DNA from: a virus
DNA length: 64,000 nt
Strand: one strand, 5' to 3'
IMG/VR virus record: IMGVR_UViG_2065487013_000003
Location: 3,047-67,046 of that record
Below, one piece after another: positions 17,282 through 25,173 of this stretch (its first letter is position 1; each line of letters starts with the position of its first letter). Under the pieces are notes generated by a model that was given only the letters and a program-made list of their open reading frames with translations, made no database searches and was not told the origin of the DNA. Position numbers and translations under genes: made by a program.

Positions 17282-18799
17282 ATGGCTAACGGCACTATTA
17301 ATTTAGTGAATAACTCAACGGCATTAACTGGCGTGGGGTCCAAATTCATTACAGAGGTAACACCCGGAGATTTTATCTACGCAGAAGTCGGGACGGTTCC
17401 TTATACGTTACCTGTTGATAAGGTAAACAGTGATACAAGCATTACGCTATTGCGTAAATTTACCGGGCCTACAATTAACGGTATTGCATGGACATTAATA
17501 CCGCGCCGTGCTCAAAATTCTGTCGCGTCCGCGCTTGCTGACCAGGTGGCTGAGGCCATACGGTTATCATTGAATAATGAAAATAACTGGCAGAAGTTAT
17601 TAACTGAAAACGGCAATGTAACGATAACCCGTCCTGATGGTTCTACTTACACTGGCCCATCATGGATTTCAATATTAGATACAACTCTCCAGACTGGTGA
17701 TTTTGGCTTGGGAGGGACTGCTCCACGAACTCCGGCAGTTTCATCTAATAGTTATGACAGCATCCCTACAGGGTTAGTCTCTGGTTTTTGGACTCACGCT
17801 GTAACAGGGGGGCCATATGCTTATACAATTACGTTGATGCAAGATGGCGGTGGAGTAAGAAATTCCCGGCACTTGATAATCCCCGCAAGTAATGCTGGAA
17901 GAATTGCGCTTCGTTGGGATGATGGCAGCAAGCTTGATTATCAATATTTTTATACGGATAAAAATAAACCAACGGCCGCTGATGTAAGTGCGTTGGCTCT
18001 AAATATAAATAGCTTACTGGTTGACCTTAATACGCTAGGATATGAAAGTAGTGCGGCTGTTTATGCTCAGAAATTAAATGCTAACGCATTGTTGACGAAT
18101 AACTATCCTATACAGCAAGCCGGTTCACTTTATGTGACACCTTCCGCTTATGGATGTCAGCAAATGTATGTAACATATGCTAATCGGTTGTTTCTTCGTG
18201 CTTTAAATGGCACTTATACAGGGAGTGGTCCTTGGACAAGGTGGGCTGAATTTTATAGTACTATTAACACTACCAGAGCCAGCGATGGCACTTTAAAAGC
18301 CGCCTCACCAATAGTAAAACTATTTGCTGATGGCTCGTTTGAAACTAACGACGAATCAGAGGGAGCAACCGTCACTCGCCTGGACGTGGGGCAATACCTT
18401 ATTGAAGGGTGTGAGGCGCTAAATTCAGACGCGGCCTGGGGAGGGTGGGACGGCGGTTTTGATATCCCCACAGACCGCAACAAACAACCGCTTATCTGGC
18501 TTGATTATGACGTTAACCCGGATGGGTCCGTACTCGTCAAAACCTACCATCGGACACATCCGGACTCCCCGGAGTTCGCCCGTAACAGCATCGGCTATAA
18601 AAATGATGCAGGTGATTTTATCGAGACGGTAGCGAACGGTGACCCGGTAGACATTCCATCGGATCAGTTTGTTAGCGTACGTGTTGAAATGCCGCAGGAT
18701 AGTATCTGGAACCAACGGCAGAAAGAAATTGCTGAAATGATGGATGCCGAAACATCCAACCAGGAGTCAACTACTGGTGACGAAGTGGAGAAAGGTTAG
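17282..18799 (+). CDS. Side tail fibre protein (pyocin-knob-like repeats, conserved C-terminal module)
   Basis: MANGTINL start, GDFGLGG, AGSLYV...QMYVTY, ASDGTLKAASPIVKLF; start ATG 17282. Confidence 0.85.
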   Translation: MANGTINLVNNSTALTGVGSKFITEVTPGDFIYAEVGTVPYTLPVDKVNSDTSITLLRKFTGPTINGIAWTLIPRRAQNSVASALADQVAEAIRLSLNNENNWQKLLTENGNVTITRPDGSTYTGPSWISILDTTLQTGDFGLGGTAPRTPAVSSNSYDSIPTGLVSGFWTHAVTGGPYAYTITLMQDGGGVRNSRHLIIPASNAGRIALRWDDGSKLDYQYFYTDKNKPTAADVSALALNINSLLVDLNTLGYESSAAVYAQKLNANALLTNNYPIQQAGSLYVTPSAYGCQQMYVTYANRLFLRALNGTYTGSGPWTRWAEFYSTINTTRASDGTLKAASPIVKLFADGSFETNDESEGATVTRLDVGQYLIEGCEALNSDAAWGGWDGGFDIPTDRNKQPLIWLDYDVNPDGSVLVKTYHRTHPDSPEFARNSIGYKNDAGDFIETVANGDPVDIPSDQFVSVRVEMPQDSIWNQRQKEIAEMMDAETSNQESTTGDEVEKG

Positions 18800-19050
18800 C
18801 GCTTAAAGCATTTATGGCGAATTTCATGGTTCAACTTGTCCAGACAATCATCACAGTAGTCCTTTTCAAGTGAGCACAACCACTTAAGCAATGGATGGCG
18901 TTTGCCGCAGTACAGACACTTTCTACCCAATATTGGTAAGGGGGCTAACATGGTCAGCATAAAAAAAAATAAAATTATGGTGAGCATCCATAGCGGCATC
19001 GTCAACATCCTGTCGGGAAAAAAGAGAAAAACCATAGCTTTAAAACCCAC
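18796..19050 (-). CDS. Hypothetical small Cys-rich, possibly membrane, protein
   Basis: Hydrophobic N-terminal part plus CxxC...C...CxxC; start codon uncertain. Confidence 0.45.
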   Translation of the reverse strand: MGFKAMVFLFFPDRMLTMPLWMLTIILFFFMLTMLAPLPILGRKCLYCGKRHPLLKWLCSLEKDYCDDCLDKLNHEIRHKCFKR

Positions 19051-19134
19051 TCAAAGATAATGGTTATTACCGATCGATTGCTGGTTATTGATCGCTCCTG
19101 ACGATCAATCTTGAAAGGATTCTCGATATAAATA

Positions 19135-19154
19135 TACTGTATGTATAAACAGTG
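19135..19154 (+). promoter_or_regulatory. LexA (SOS) box
   Basis: TACTGTATGTATAAACAGTG matches CTG-N10-CAG with TA-rich core; about 20 bp upstream of the ORF at 19172. Confidence 0.9.
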
Positions 19155-19171
19155 TTTCGGGAGGGCATAGC

Positions 19172-19411
19172 ATGCCGAGGCAATACGAAATAGAGGGCGC
19201 TTTCCGCGCCGCTGTCAAAATTGAGCAAACTGGACGGCGCACCGTCACCACAGAGGATTTTGTAAAACAGCTTGAGGAGGTCAACTGGAACTGGTCGCTG
19301 AAGCAGGCTAACAACTGGATAGAGTGTTACGTGACGACCTTCAAGGATATCTCTTCCGATGAAGGGGAAGCGCGTACCTTCATGCTGTTCAATCCCAACG
19401 GGGGGCTTTGA
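19172..19411 (+). CDS. SOS-regulated 79-aa protein of unknown function, partner of the umuD-like gene
   Basis: GGGAGG RBS, LexA box upstream, stop 1 nt before the next ATG. Confidence 0.75.
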   Translation: MPRQYEIEGAFRAAVKIEQTGRRTVTTEDFVKQLEEVNWNWSLKQANNWIECYVTTFKDISSDEGEARTFMLFNPNGGL

Positions 19412-19412
19412 G

Positions 19413-19790
19413 ATGGGTTTTCCTTCACCAGCTACTGACTACATTGAAGAACGGATCTCGCTGGATAAGTTATTCATTTCTCACCCGAGCGCCACATATT
19501 TCATGAAGGCGGCAAACACGTACTGGCGTGCAGGTATAACCCAGGGAGCGCTTCTAATCGTGGATTGCTCGGCTACACCTTGCGACGGTTCGGTGGTTGT
19601 CTGCAAGCTGGCGGGGGAGTTTCATATACGGCGATTCAGGACTCATCCATATAGGCATCTGGAAAGCCTGGGCGGTGATGGTCGTAAGGACAGGATAAAC
19701 ACAGATGATGATGACGGGATTTTCGGCGTGATTTTGCACGCGGTGAATGACATGCGAACAATGGAGTTTGACGATAACCCAGTGATGTAA
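19413..19790 (+). CDS. umuD: UmuD'-like (HumD-like) S24 family protein
   Basis: Begins MGFPSPATDY, equivalent to the post-cleavage UmuD' N-terminus; catalytic Ser and Lys are not evident. Confidence 0.8.
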   Translation: MGFPSPATDYIEERISLDKLFISHPSATYFMKAANTYWRAGITQGALLIVDCSATPCDGSVVVCKLAGEFHIRRFRTHPYRHLESLGGDGRKDRINTDDDDGIFGVILHAVNDMRTMEFDDNPVM

Positions 19791-19796
19791 TCGAAT

Positions 19797-19816
19797 GCGC
19801 GCAATTAATTGCGCGC
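19797..19816. repeat. Perfect 20-bp palindrome between convergent genes
   Basis: GCGCGCAATTAATTGCGCGC. Confidence 0.9.
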
Positions 19817-19832
19817 CCTAATGATTCGCTGT

Positions 19833-20663
19833 TTATAAATTTCTGTATGGAAGATCGGATCTTTCTACACTAATATAAAATTCAGGTTTCTTTTCTTTTT
19901 TAGCAATTCTTTTGCTTATTAGGCTGGTAAATAAAACCAAAGAGTCTTCAGAAAGAAGTTGATTATCTATTGGACCTATCATAACGCTCTCAATCGAAGA
20001 GTGGGGGAATTCAAACTCCAAATATGGAATTAAAACATCTCCTTTTGCTCTAAACTTAATATCGTCATCATCAGGTCCGCAGCTAATTACCAGTCTTTTC
20101 TCTTGTTCTTCGTAAAATGCAGCGTGTTTAAAGGTTAGTGCATAAATATCAACCATATAAGATAGCTCAACTTCTAACCAGTGAGGTTCTGACTCATATA
20201 CCTTAAGCATGTGAGGGATTAATGAATCTTTGATTATATCATTGGCGTCATCTAGCGCATCGCCTTCATCAAGTATGTATTTGCAATCAAGAAGGTAAAT
20301 TTCTTTTTTAGCTTGTAATTCAGCAAAAGCTGATTCGTCAAATTCTACTGAGAACATTCCATAGCTGCGCCACTGACTAAGAGAATCAGGGTCTAAGCTA
20401 AATGACGAAACGAAAATTTTATTCTCATTAGGAGAGAATAAATCCTGTGTAGTAACGTACGCTATAGCAACTTTTAACCGGTCAATAAATTCTTGTGAGC
20501 AATCTTCAGGATAGTCATCGTAAGCATTAAGTGCATCAATCAAGATCCTATAACCTGCCCTCAATTCTTCTTTGTCATTTAAAAATTTGTAATCGGTTAA
20601 CCAAAGTTTAGAATTTTCTATAATAGATTTAACAGCATTAAGATCCGTATAATGATAAATCAC
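19833..20663 (-). CDS. DUF2971-like protein (AT-rich moron, candidate defence effector)
   Basis: IYHYT, FVSSFS, LSQWRSYG, FKHAAFYEEQEKR motifs; GTG start 6 nt after GGAG (ORF-finder start 20678). Confidence 0.78.
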   Translation of the reverse strand: MIYHYTDLNAVKSIIENSKLWLTDYKFLNDKEELRAGYRILIDALNAYDDYPEDCSQEFIDRLKVAIAYVTTQDLFSPNENKIFVSSFSLDPDSLSQWRSYGMFSVEFDESAFAELQAKKEIYLLDCKYILDEGDALDDANDIIKDSLIPHMLKVYESEPHWLEVELSYMVDIYALTFKHAAFYEEQEKRLVISCGPDDDDIKFRAKGDVLIPYLEFEFPHSSIESVMIGPIDNQLLSEDSLVLFTSLISKRIAKKEKKPEFYISVERSDLPYRNL

Positions 20664-20862
20664 TATGTTCTCCAACAAAGGTAAAAGTTTGATGCAATCA
20701 TAACTAACTTTTACTTGAAGAGGAAAGTTATGACACGCTTCAGGGTACGCTGGTCAATGAGCAAAGGTTGCACTAGAAGATTTGCCAAACATTTTTGAAA
20801 GAATGGATGCATCATAATGCACATTTAATGAGCTGATAACACAAGGATTTTGCGTGCGCATC

Positions 20863-20890
20863 CACGATAAAACCACGAATGCACACGAAA
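20863..20890. repeat. Triad of CACGA repeats (probable integrase arm-type sites)
   Basis: CACGA at 20863, 20874 and 20884 (10-11 bp period). Confidence 0.55.
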
Positions 20891-20964
20891 AAAGTGATAA
20901 GTATTTGAAATTTAGTGCACGTATTTACAGCTATTTCAGGTCGGTTTTTGCTCGCTTTCGTTCT

Positions 20965-20977
20965 TAACTACTTGATA
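20965..20977. promoter_or_regulatory. IHF binding site in the att arm
   Basis: TAACTACTTGATA is a perfect YAANNNNTTGATW; a 1-mismatch copy lies at 20898-20910. Confidence 0.7.
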
Positions 20978-21007
20978 TTTAACAAAAACAGATAAGGGCT
21001 GGCAGAA

Positions 21008-21037
21008 ACAGGAATCGTATTCGGTCTCTTTTTATCT
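21008..21037 (+). other. att core equal to the 3' end of the sdsR(ryeB)/ryeA sRNA locus, in an attP-like context
   Basis: ACAGGAATCGTATTCGGTCTCTTTTTATCT matches the SdsR terminator region as recalled; the 5' GACCGAAT arm and the chromosomal flanks are absent. Confidence 0.82.
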
Positions 21038-21068
21038 ATTTGTTTCATAAGGGTTTTTTCGGTCTCAA

Positions 21069-21097
21069 CACGAAATCCCCCGAAAATTACTCGAATA
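21069..21097. repeat. Triad of CGAA-containing repeats (probable arm-type sites next to int)
   Basis: CACGAAAT 21069, CCCGAAAA 21079, CTCGAATA 21090. Confidence 0.55.
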
Positions 21098-21110
21098 TTC
21101 CATATCCTGT

Positions 21111-22196
21111 CTAAACCATAACATACTCTGCACCGCGTGCGTCCAGGTATTTTTTGGTCATTGTTAAATTTTTGTGGCCGAGCAAACGTTGAGCAAATTC
21201 CTCTCCGCGTTCCTTTTCATAGAGCCTGCTCGCCAGACTTCTGATCTCATGGAAAGGCGGTGGGTTAGGTCCGAATTTTAACCCGGTCGAATCCCTTATC
21301 TCTGCGAAGGCCTGGGTGAGCCCGTCAGGAGTTAGTGGCCCCGGCTTTCTCCCACCACGGCGAACCGGCGAGTAAAGCATAAAGTCGGAGGGGTTATTTA
21401 CCCGGCATCGCTCAATGACATCCTGCAACACAAGCCCGGCGACGTCCAGCCTCAAATCAAGGGGGAGCGCCAGTTTGTGACCTGTTTTCTCCTGAGTAAC
21501 GAAAAGCCTCCCGTCTTTAACGTCACTGAATCTGAACAGCGAAATATCCTCACGCCGCTGGCCGGTGACCAGTGCCAGATCGCATGCATTTGGTGCCCAG
21601 TCAGAATGAGTTAACGCGGCCTGGCGAATGACGTTGAAATGTTCGAGCAACAGGCGCTCTCGCTTAACTTTCGGTGTCGGCGTTCGCGTCGGCTCGGCCG
21701 GGTTCCTGTCGACATGTCCTTCTACGATCGCCTCCCTGAAGATGTCCATTAAGACAGAACGCAGCCCGGAAGCCATGCTCTTTTTATCGCAGAGAATGTA
21801 CGATTCAAGAAATGAGGCGATGTCCTTTGTCGTAACAGAAGCGAGGGGAATATTGCCGAACTCTTCCTTAATAGTGGCGATCTGGTTTCGCCTGACCTTC
21901 ATCGTGTTTGGTTTCAGCTCGCGCCGCTCGAGAATCACCTCGTAACGCTCCAGCCATGCGGCCACTGTGAAAGTGGGCACGTCTTTTATGCGATCCAGGA
22001 GAGAAGAGGGAAGGTAATTCTGATCGATGTAGTTATTGGCCTCAATGGCCTGGGCAACAGCGTCCTTGCGATCAATCCGGCCAAGAGAGATCTCCTGCCC
22101 GGTCACCGGATTGCGCCAGCTGTAAAGTCTGTCTCTTTTACGATAGGTCAGGTTACGTGGCAGGTTAGCGTCGTAACGTACTGGCCTTTTCGCCAT
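21111..22196 (-). CDS. int: Tyrosine integrase (lambda Int family)
   Basis: LPRNLTYRK arm-binding domain; TGQR, FHEIRS, LGH, KYL catalytic residues. Confidence 0.97.
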   Translation of the reverse strand: MAKRPVRYDANLPRNLTYRKRDRLYSWRNPVTGQEISLGRIDRKDAVAQAIEANNYIDQNYLPSSLLDRIKDVPTFTVAAWLERYEVILERRELKPNTMKVRRNQIATIKEEFGNIPLASVTTKDIASFLESYILCDKKSMASGLRSVLMDIFREAIVEGHVDRNPAEPTRTPTPKVKRERLLLEHFNVIRQAALTHSDWAPNACDLALVTGQRREDISLFRFSDVKDGRLFVTQEKTGHKLALPLDLRLDVAGLVLQDVIERCRVNNPSDFMLYSPVRRGGRKPGPLTPDGLTQAFAEIRDSTGLKFGPNPPPFHEIRSLASRLYEKERGEEFAQRLLGHKNLTMTKKYLDARGAEYVMV

Positions 22197-22437
22197 GAGT
22201 CAGTCTCTCCAGTAAAGTGCCGCCGGACGGCAATTTGGTATGTTTCGGTTTAGCGCGCAGATTCTTCTTACGCGGATCCACGTAGATAGCGTCAGGCTGA
22301 ACCTTATATTCCTTTCCGTGCAGCTCTGGCGCGGGATAAATTCGCCCCTCCCGCGTCCATCGACGCAGAGTAGAAAGGGAGGGTGGAGTCGTGTAGACCT
22401 CAGCAGCCCATTCCTGCAAGTTGAGAAGCTTAGCCAT
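22165..22437 (-). CDS. xis: Excisionase
   Basis: LQEWAAEVY...STLRRWTREGRIYPAPELHGKEY; overlaps the int start. Confidence 0.93.
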   Translation of the reverse strand: MAKLLNLQEWAAEVYTTPPSLSTLRRWTREGRIYPAPELHGKEYKVQPDAIYVDPRKKNLRAKPKHTKLPSGGTLLERLTHGEKASTLRR

Positions 22438-22459
22438 GAGAACTCCTTAGCCGCCTGGC

Positions 22460-22488
22460 ATTATAAGCGAGGCCGCGTTGACGTGTTG
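22460..22488 (-). promoter_or_regulatory. Candidate xis-int promoter (perfect -10, poor -35)
   Basis: TATAAT at 22465-22460; the -35 position reads CAACAC. Confidence 0.45.
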
Positions 22489-22504
22489 ATTAATCGAAAT
22501 CAGG

Positions 22505-22530
22505 CAAAAATAAACCCGCCGAGGCGGGTT
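22505..22530 (-). terminator. Terminator upstream of xis
   Basis: AACCCGCC-TC-GGCGGGTT followed by TATTTTT on the minus strand. Confidence 0.8.
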
Positions 22531-22557
22531 GAATGATGAGAGATTTTAATTGGGTGC

Positions 22558-23091
22558 TTAGTTAATTTTTAATTCTCGCTTAGCTTCTGCGACTAAATCA
22601 CTGAGCAGTTTTTCAGAGAGTTTGAGGTCCTTTTCTGACGCTTCATAGCTTTCAATAGCATCCTCATACCAATCATCCATCATTTTCTTTCTGGCATTAA
22701 CATAGACATCGAGCAAGCTTTTGACTTTGGTAGTTAATGTGAAATCAGCTAACTGCGCTATTCTTTCAAGCTCCTGAAGATCAAGCCAATACTCAGTTCT
22801 TAACTTCTCTTCGATCTCTTTCGGATGTGGTTTGAACCGAGACTCACCAGGTTCCATTCGCGCATATTCGCAACGGAGGAAGTAGTCATTGCTCATCTTA
22901 ATCCGATACGCAATATTGATGATTTCTGTGAACGCTTCCAATCGTTTTTCCCACCACTTCTCTTTGTAAAACTTATTCAAAGCAAACTTGGTAGAGAAAT
23001 ATGCTGCTAGCGCAGCTACAAGTAATGGAACAACAAATTTTGATAGAACATCCGTTAAATCCAGCGTTGTTTGCACAGGAATGGCGGTCAT
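22558..23091 (-). CDS. AT-rich moron, N-terminal TM helix plus helical domain, unknown function
   Basis: 177 aa, TAAGGA RBS, lower GC than neighbours, own terminator. Confidence 0.75.
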   Translation of the reverse strand: MTAIPVQTTLDLTDVLSKFVVPLLVAALAAYFSTKFALNKFYKEKWWEKRLEAFTEIINIAYRIKMSNDYFLRCEYARMEPGESRFKPHPKEIEEKLRTEYWLDLQELERIAQLADFTLTTKVKSLLDVYVNARKKMMDDWYEDAIESYEASEKDLKLSEKLLSDLVAEAKRELKIN

Positions 23092-23134
23092 TTCATATCC
23101 TTAAATCATTAAAACTGTACTCATCATAACTTGA

Positions 23135-23356
23135 TTATCGAATATGCTTAAGCGCATGTTCTTTTCTTTCCTGGCACTCCGCGCAAGTCTGGCAGCCAGG
23201 AACGGCAGCGCGCCGCGGCTCGGGAATTTGTTCGTCGCATTCTTCACAACGCTCAGCTGATACGGCGTTGCGGTTCAGCCGGTGAGCGGAAAGGGCAGCG
23301 TTACGCTGAAGCTCTTCAATCTCTGCTGCTGTGTCGATGATGTCGGCCATGGTCAA
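23135..23356 (-). CDS. TraR/DksA C4-type zinc finger protein
   Basis: CEEC...IPEPRRAAVPGCQTCAEC. Confidence 0.9.
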   Translation of the reverse strand: MTMADIIDTAAEIEELQRNAALSAHRLNRNAVSAERCEECDEQIPEPRRAAVPGCQTCAECQERKEHALKHIR

Positions 23357-23445
23357 TGCTCCCGGAACTGTCGGTTAATTCGGGCGAAGGTAAACGCCAG
23401 CAATAAAAAAGGCCGCTTCAGCGACCTGGTGATTAGTGCCTTCAT
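23353..23445 (-). CDS. Small conserved phage peptide (MKALITRSLKRPF...)
   Basis: 30-aa ORF coupled by ATGA overlaps on both sides. Confidence 0.55.
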   Translation of the reverse strand: MKALITRSLKRPFLLLAFTFARINRQFREH

Positions 23446-23633
23446 GCTGCACCGCCTTCATTCTTCTCGGCTTCGACCGCCATCTGCTCAAGCCGTCGCG
23501 ATAACTCGGCGGCCAGCGTCTGGAATTCTTCTTCGGTCGCCACCGGGATTGGCACAAAGCGAATCCCGATTTGCGCCAGGTGATTGGCAATTTCGAGGCT
23601 TTTCCTCAAATCAACAGGTGAGGCTCTGTTCAT
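23442..23633 (-). CDS. DUF1382-like phage protein
   Basis: MNRASPVDLRKSLEIANHLAQIGIRFVPIPV. Confidence 0.7.
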   Translation of the reverse strand: MNRASPVDLRKSLEIANHLAQIGIRFVPIPVATEEEFQTLAAELSRRLEQMAVEAEKNEGGAA

Positions 23634-23947
23634 TCCGCACCGCCAGCGTGCCGCAGCCAGATGCATACCGCGCCATCTTCCGTGTCGTGAATTGAACCGA
23701 CAAACCAACCACCACCGGCGGGAGTTTGGGGCTGCCACGATGAAATGTCATAGCCGTCAACATCTGGATCGACGTCATCCTCATCGCGGTACTCCACTAT
23801 CCACTCAAGACCGTTCTTCTCCAGCCATGCGTTGAACTCAATGGGCGATATGGATTCGCGTCCATCGCAAAATTCATTGTAAAGCGGGTGGGTCCAGTAG
23901 CCGTATTGGTCGCGCTCGACGGGTAGGGCTTTAAATTCTGTTGTCAT
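23630..23947 (-). CDS. Hypothetical early protein
   Basis: Coupled ORF with LPVERDQYGYWTHP and GGWFVGSIHDTEDGAVC. Confidence 0.7.
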   Translation of the reverse strand: MTTEFKALPVERDQYGYWTHPLYNEFCDGRESISPIEFNAWLEKNGLEWIVEYRDEDDVDPDVDGYDISSWQPQTPAGGGWFVGSIHDTEDGAVCIWLRHAGGAE

Positions 23948-24162
23948 TGTTCGGCTCCAAACCGCCCGTTAAGGCGGCCAGTTTTAACGACGAACTCAAG
24001 GAGGCTAACTCCCAGAGCTTCAATTTTCTTGTGATGCTTGTTGATGATGGGAGGCACCGTTTCGTTCCAGTTAGGCTTTGGCTTCTTGCGCATGGTCTGC
24101 TGAATTTCTTCGGTGCAGCGGCGGCAGGCGGCGCGGATGGCGTTGTCTGTTTCTGGCGTCAT
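23944..24162 (-). CDS. Hypothetical early protein
   Basis: GGAGG RBS and ATGA coupling. Confidence 0.65.
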   Translation of the reverse strand: MTPETDNAIRAACRRCTEEIQQTMRKKPKPNWNETVPPIINKHHKKIEALGVSLLEFVVKTGRLNGRFGAEQ

Positions 24163-24710
24163 GCGGCCTCCCGGCGGGCGAGAAGTTTCGCCCCGAAAGC
24201 CATCAGCTCGTCCCGGTCCACAGTTGCGAAATGGCAGTGTGTACGCGGGTACGGTCGCCAGATTATGAGCATCGACCCTTTGTTGTTGCCGCTTACCGGC
24301 TTACCGGTGACCGGGTTGATAAATGCCAGCCGCCCGGCTGTGATGAAGCGCACCTCGCTGGCGGTCTGGATAGCCTCTTTGAACCAGCCAACCGAAGTGT
24401 CTGCCGGTACCAGCATGACCGTGCCGATCTGATTTGCGCTCTCGGCTGCGGCCTTCTTAACGAAAGGTGTAATGTCGCTGTAAGGTGGGTTCAGCCAGAC
24501 GTAGCCGGGAATACTCAGGTAATCAGCCCAGGGCGTTTCCAGAGTGTTCTCCTCGGATGTGATGAACTTTCTGCACAGCGCGTTATGCGGCGCCGCGGCG
24601 GCATCCAACTGGAAGCAGAATTCAGCATCAAGGGAAGCGAAGAGAGCTGGCGGAGTGCGCCAGAGGTCGCGCTGATCCGCTGGCGTGTTGCTGCCGGTGT
24701 AATCAGTCAT
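24159..24710 (-). CDS. dam: Phage N6-adenine DNA methyltransferase (phage Dam family)
   Basis: WRTPP...LDAAA...WLNPPYS motif. Confidence 0.9.
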   Translation of the reverse strand: MTDYTGSNTPADQRDLWRTPPALFASLDAEFCFQLDAAAAPHNALCRKFITSEENTLETPWADYLSIPGYVWLNPPYSDITPFVKKAAAESANQIGTVMLVPADTSVGWFKEAIQTASEVRFITAGRLAFINPVTGKPVSGNNKGSMLIIWRPYPRTHCHFATVDRDELMAFGAKLLARREAA

Positions 24711-25171
24711 GCCGCCTCCCTTCTGCGTGCCAGCAACGGCCCGTCGTATCCTGCGTTAAAGCTTTCAACCATCGCCCGGCAACACGCCGGACAGCAGCTG
24801 TAAATCCTTTGCGGCTCTCCGTCGAATTTCCAGTAAGAGGAACGCATAGACGCGGAGAACGTGGAGCAGATATCGCAATGAAAGGCTCCCGTTTCCAGCA
24901 CCCTCATTAGCTGAGGCTCGGTGAGTTCGAACTTTCTGGCGATAACCGCATGCTCAAGACCGGCATCAAGCAGGGCTTCAATCAGCTGCAGATCGTCGAT
25001 GGTTAATTTCCCGCAGCGGTAAAGACCCATGCTGCTGGCTTTCATCTGGATAGATGCTTTGGTGCGCTGTAAGGTTTCACACAGTTCATCCATATCCATG
25101 TACAGATAAGTTTTTGACAAAAAGACGGCCTGAGATTCAGGCCAGGGCATTGAGTGCATCTGCATTGTCAT
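24707..25171 (-). CDS. Hypothetical HTH / zinc-binding protein
   Basis: ELCETLQRTKASI HTH-like segment; CDIC...CCPAC. Confidence 0.6.
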   Translation of the reverse strand: MTMQMHSMPWPESQAVFLSKTYLYMDMDELCETLQRTKASIQMKASSMGLYRCGKLTIDDLQLIEALLDAGLEHAVIARKFELTEPQLMRVLETGAFHCDICSTFSASMRSSYWKFDGEPQRIYSCCPACCRAMVESFNAGYDGPLLARRREAA

Positions 25172-25173
25172 AA

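Larger units (their letters stand above)
1..21033 (+). mobile_element. Prophage A, right-hand portion (head, tail, fibre, SOS operon, terminal moron)
   Basis: Contiguous head-tail gene order from a truncated portal to the tail fibre, ending at an att core; left end lies outside the window. Confidence 0.93.

Noticed and set aside
17282-19800. Tail-fibre inversion system or diversity-generating retroelement
   Set aside because: No invertase, no reverse transcriptase and no TR/VR-like repeat pair found.
21008-21037. Intact SdsR/RyeA sRNA gene
   Set aside because: Only the 3' terminal segment is present; the 5' body and the left arm of the terminator stem are missing.
20863-21097. Short periodic repeats as a mini CRISPR array
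   Set aside because: Repeats are 5-8 bp with a 10-11 bp period, no spacers and no cas genes; they fit integrase arm sites.
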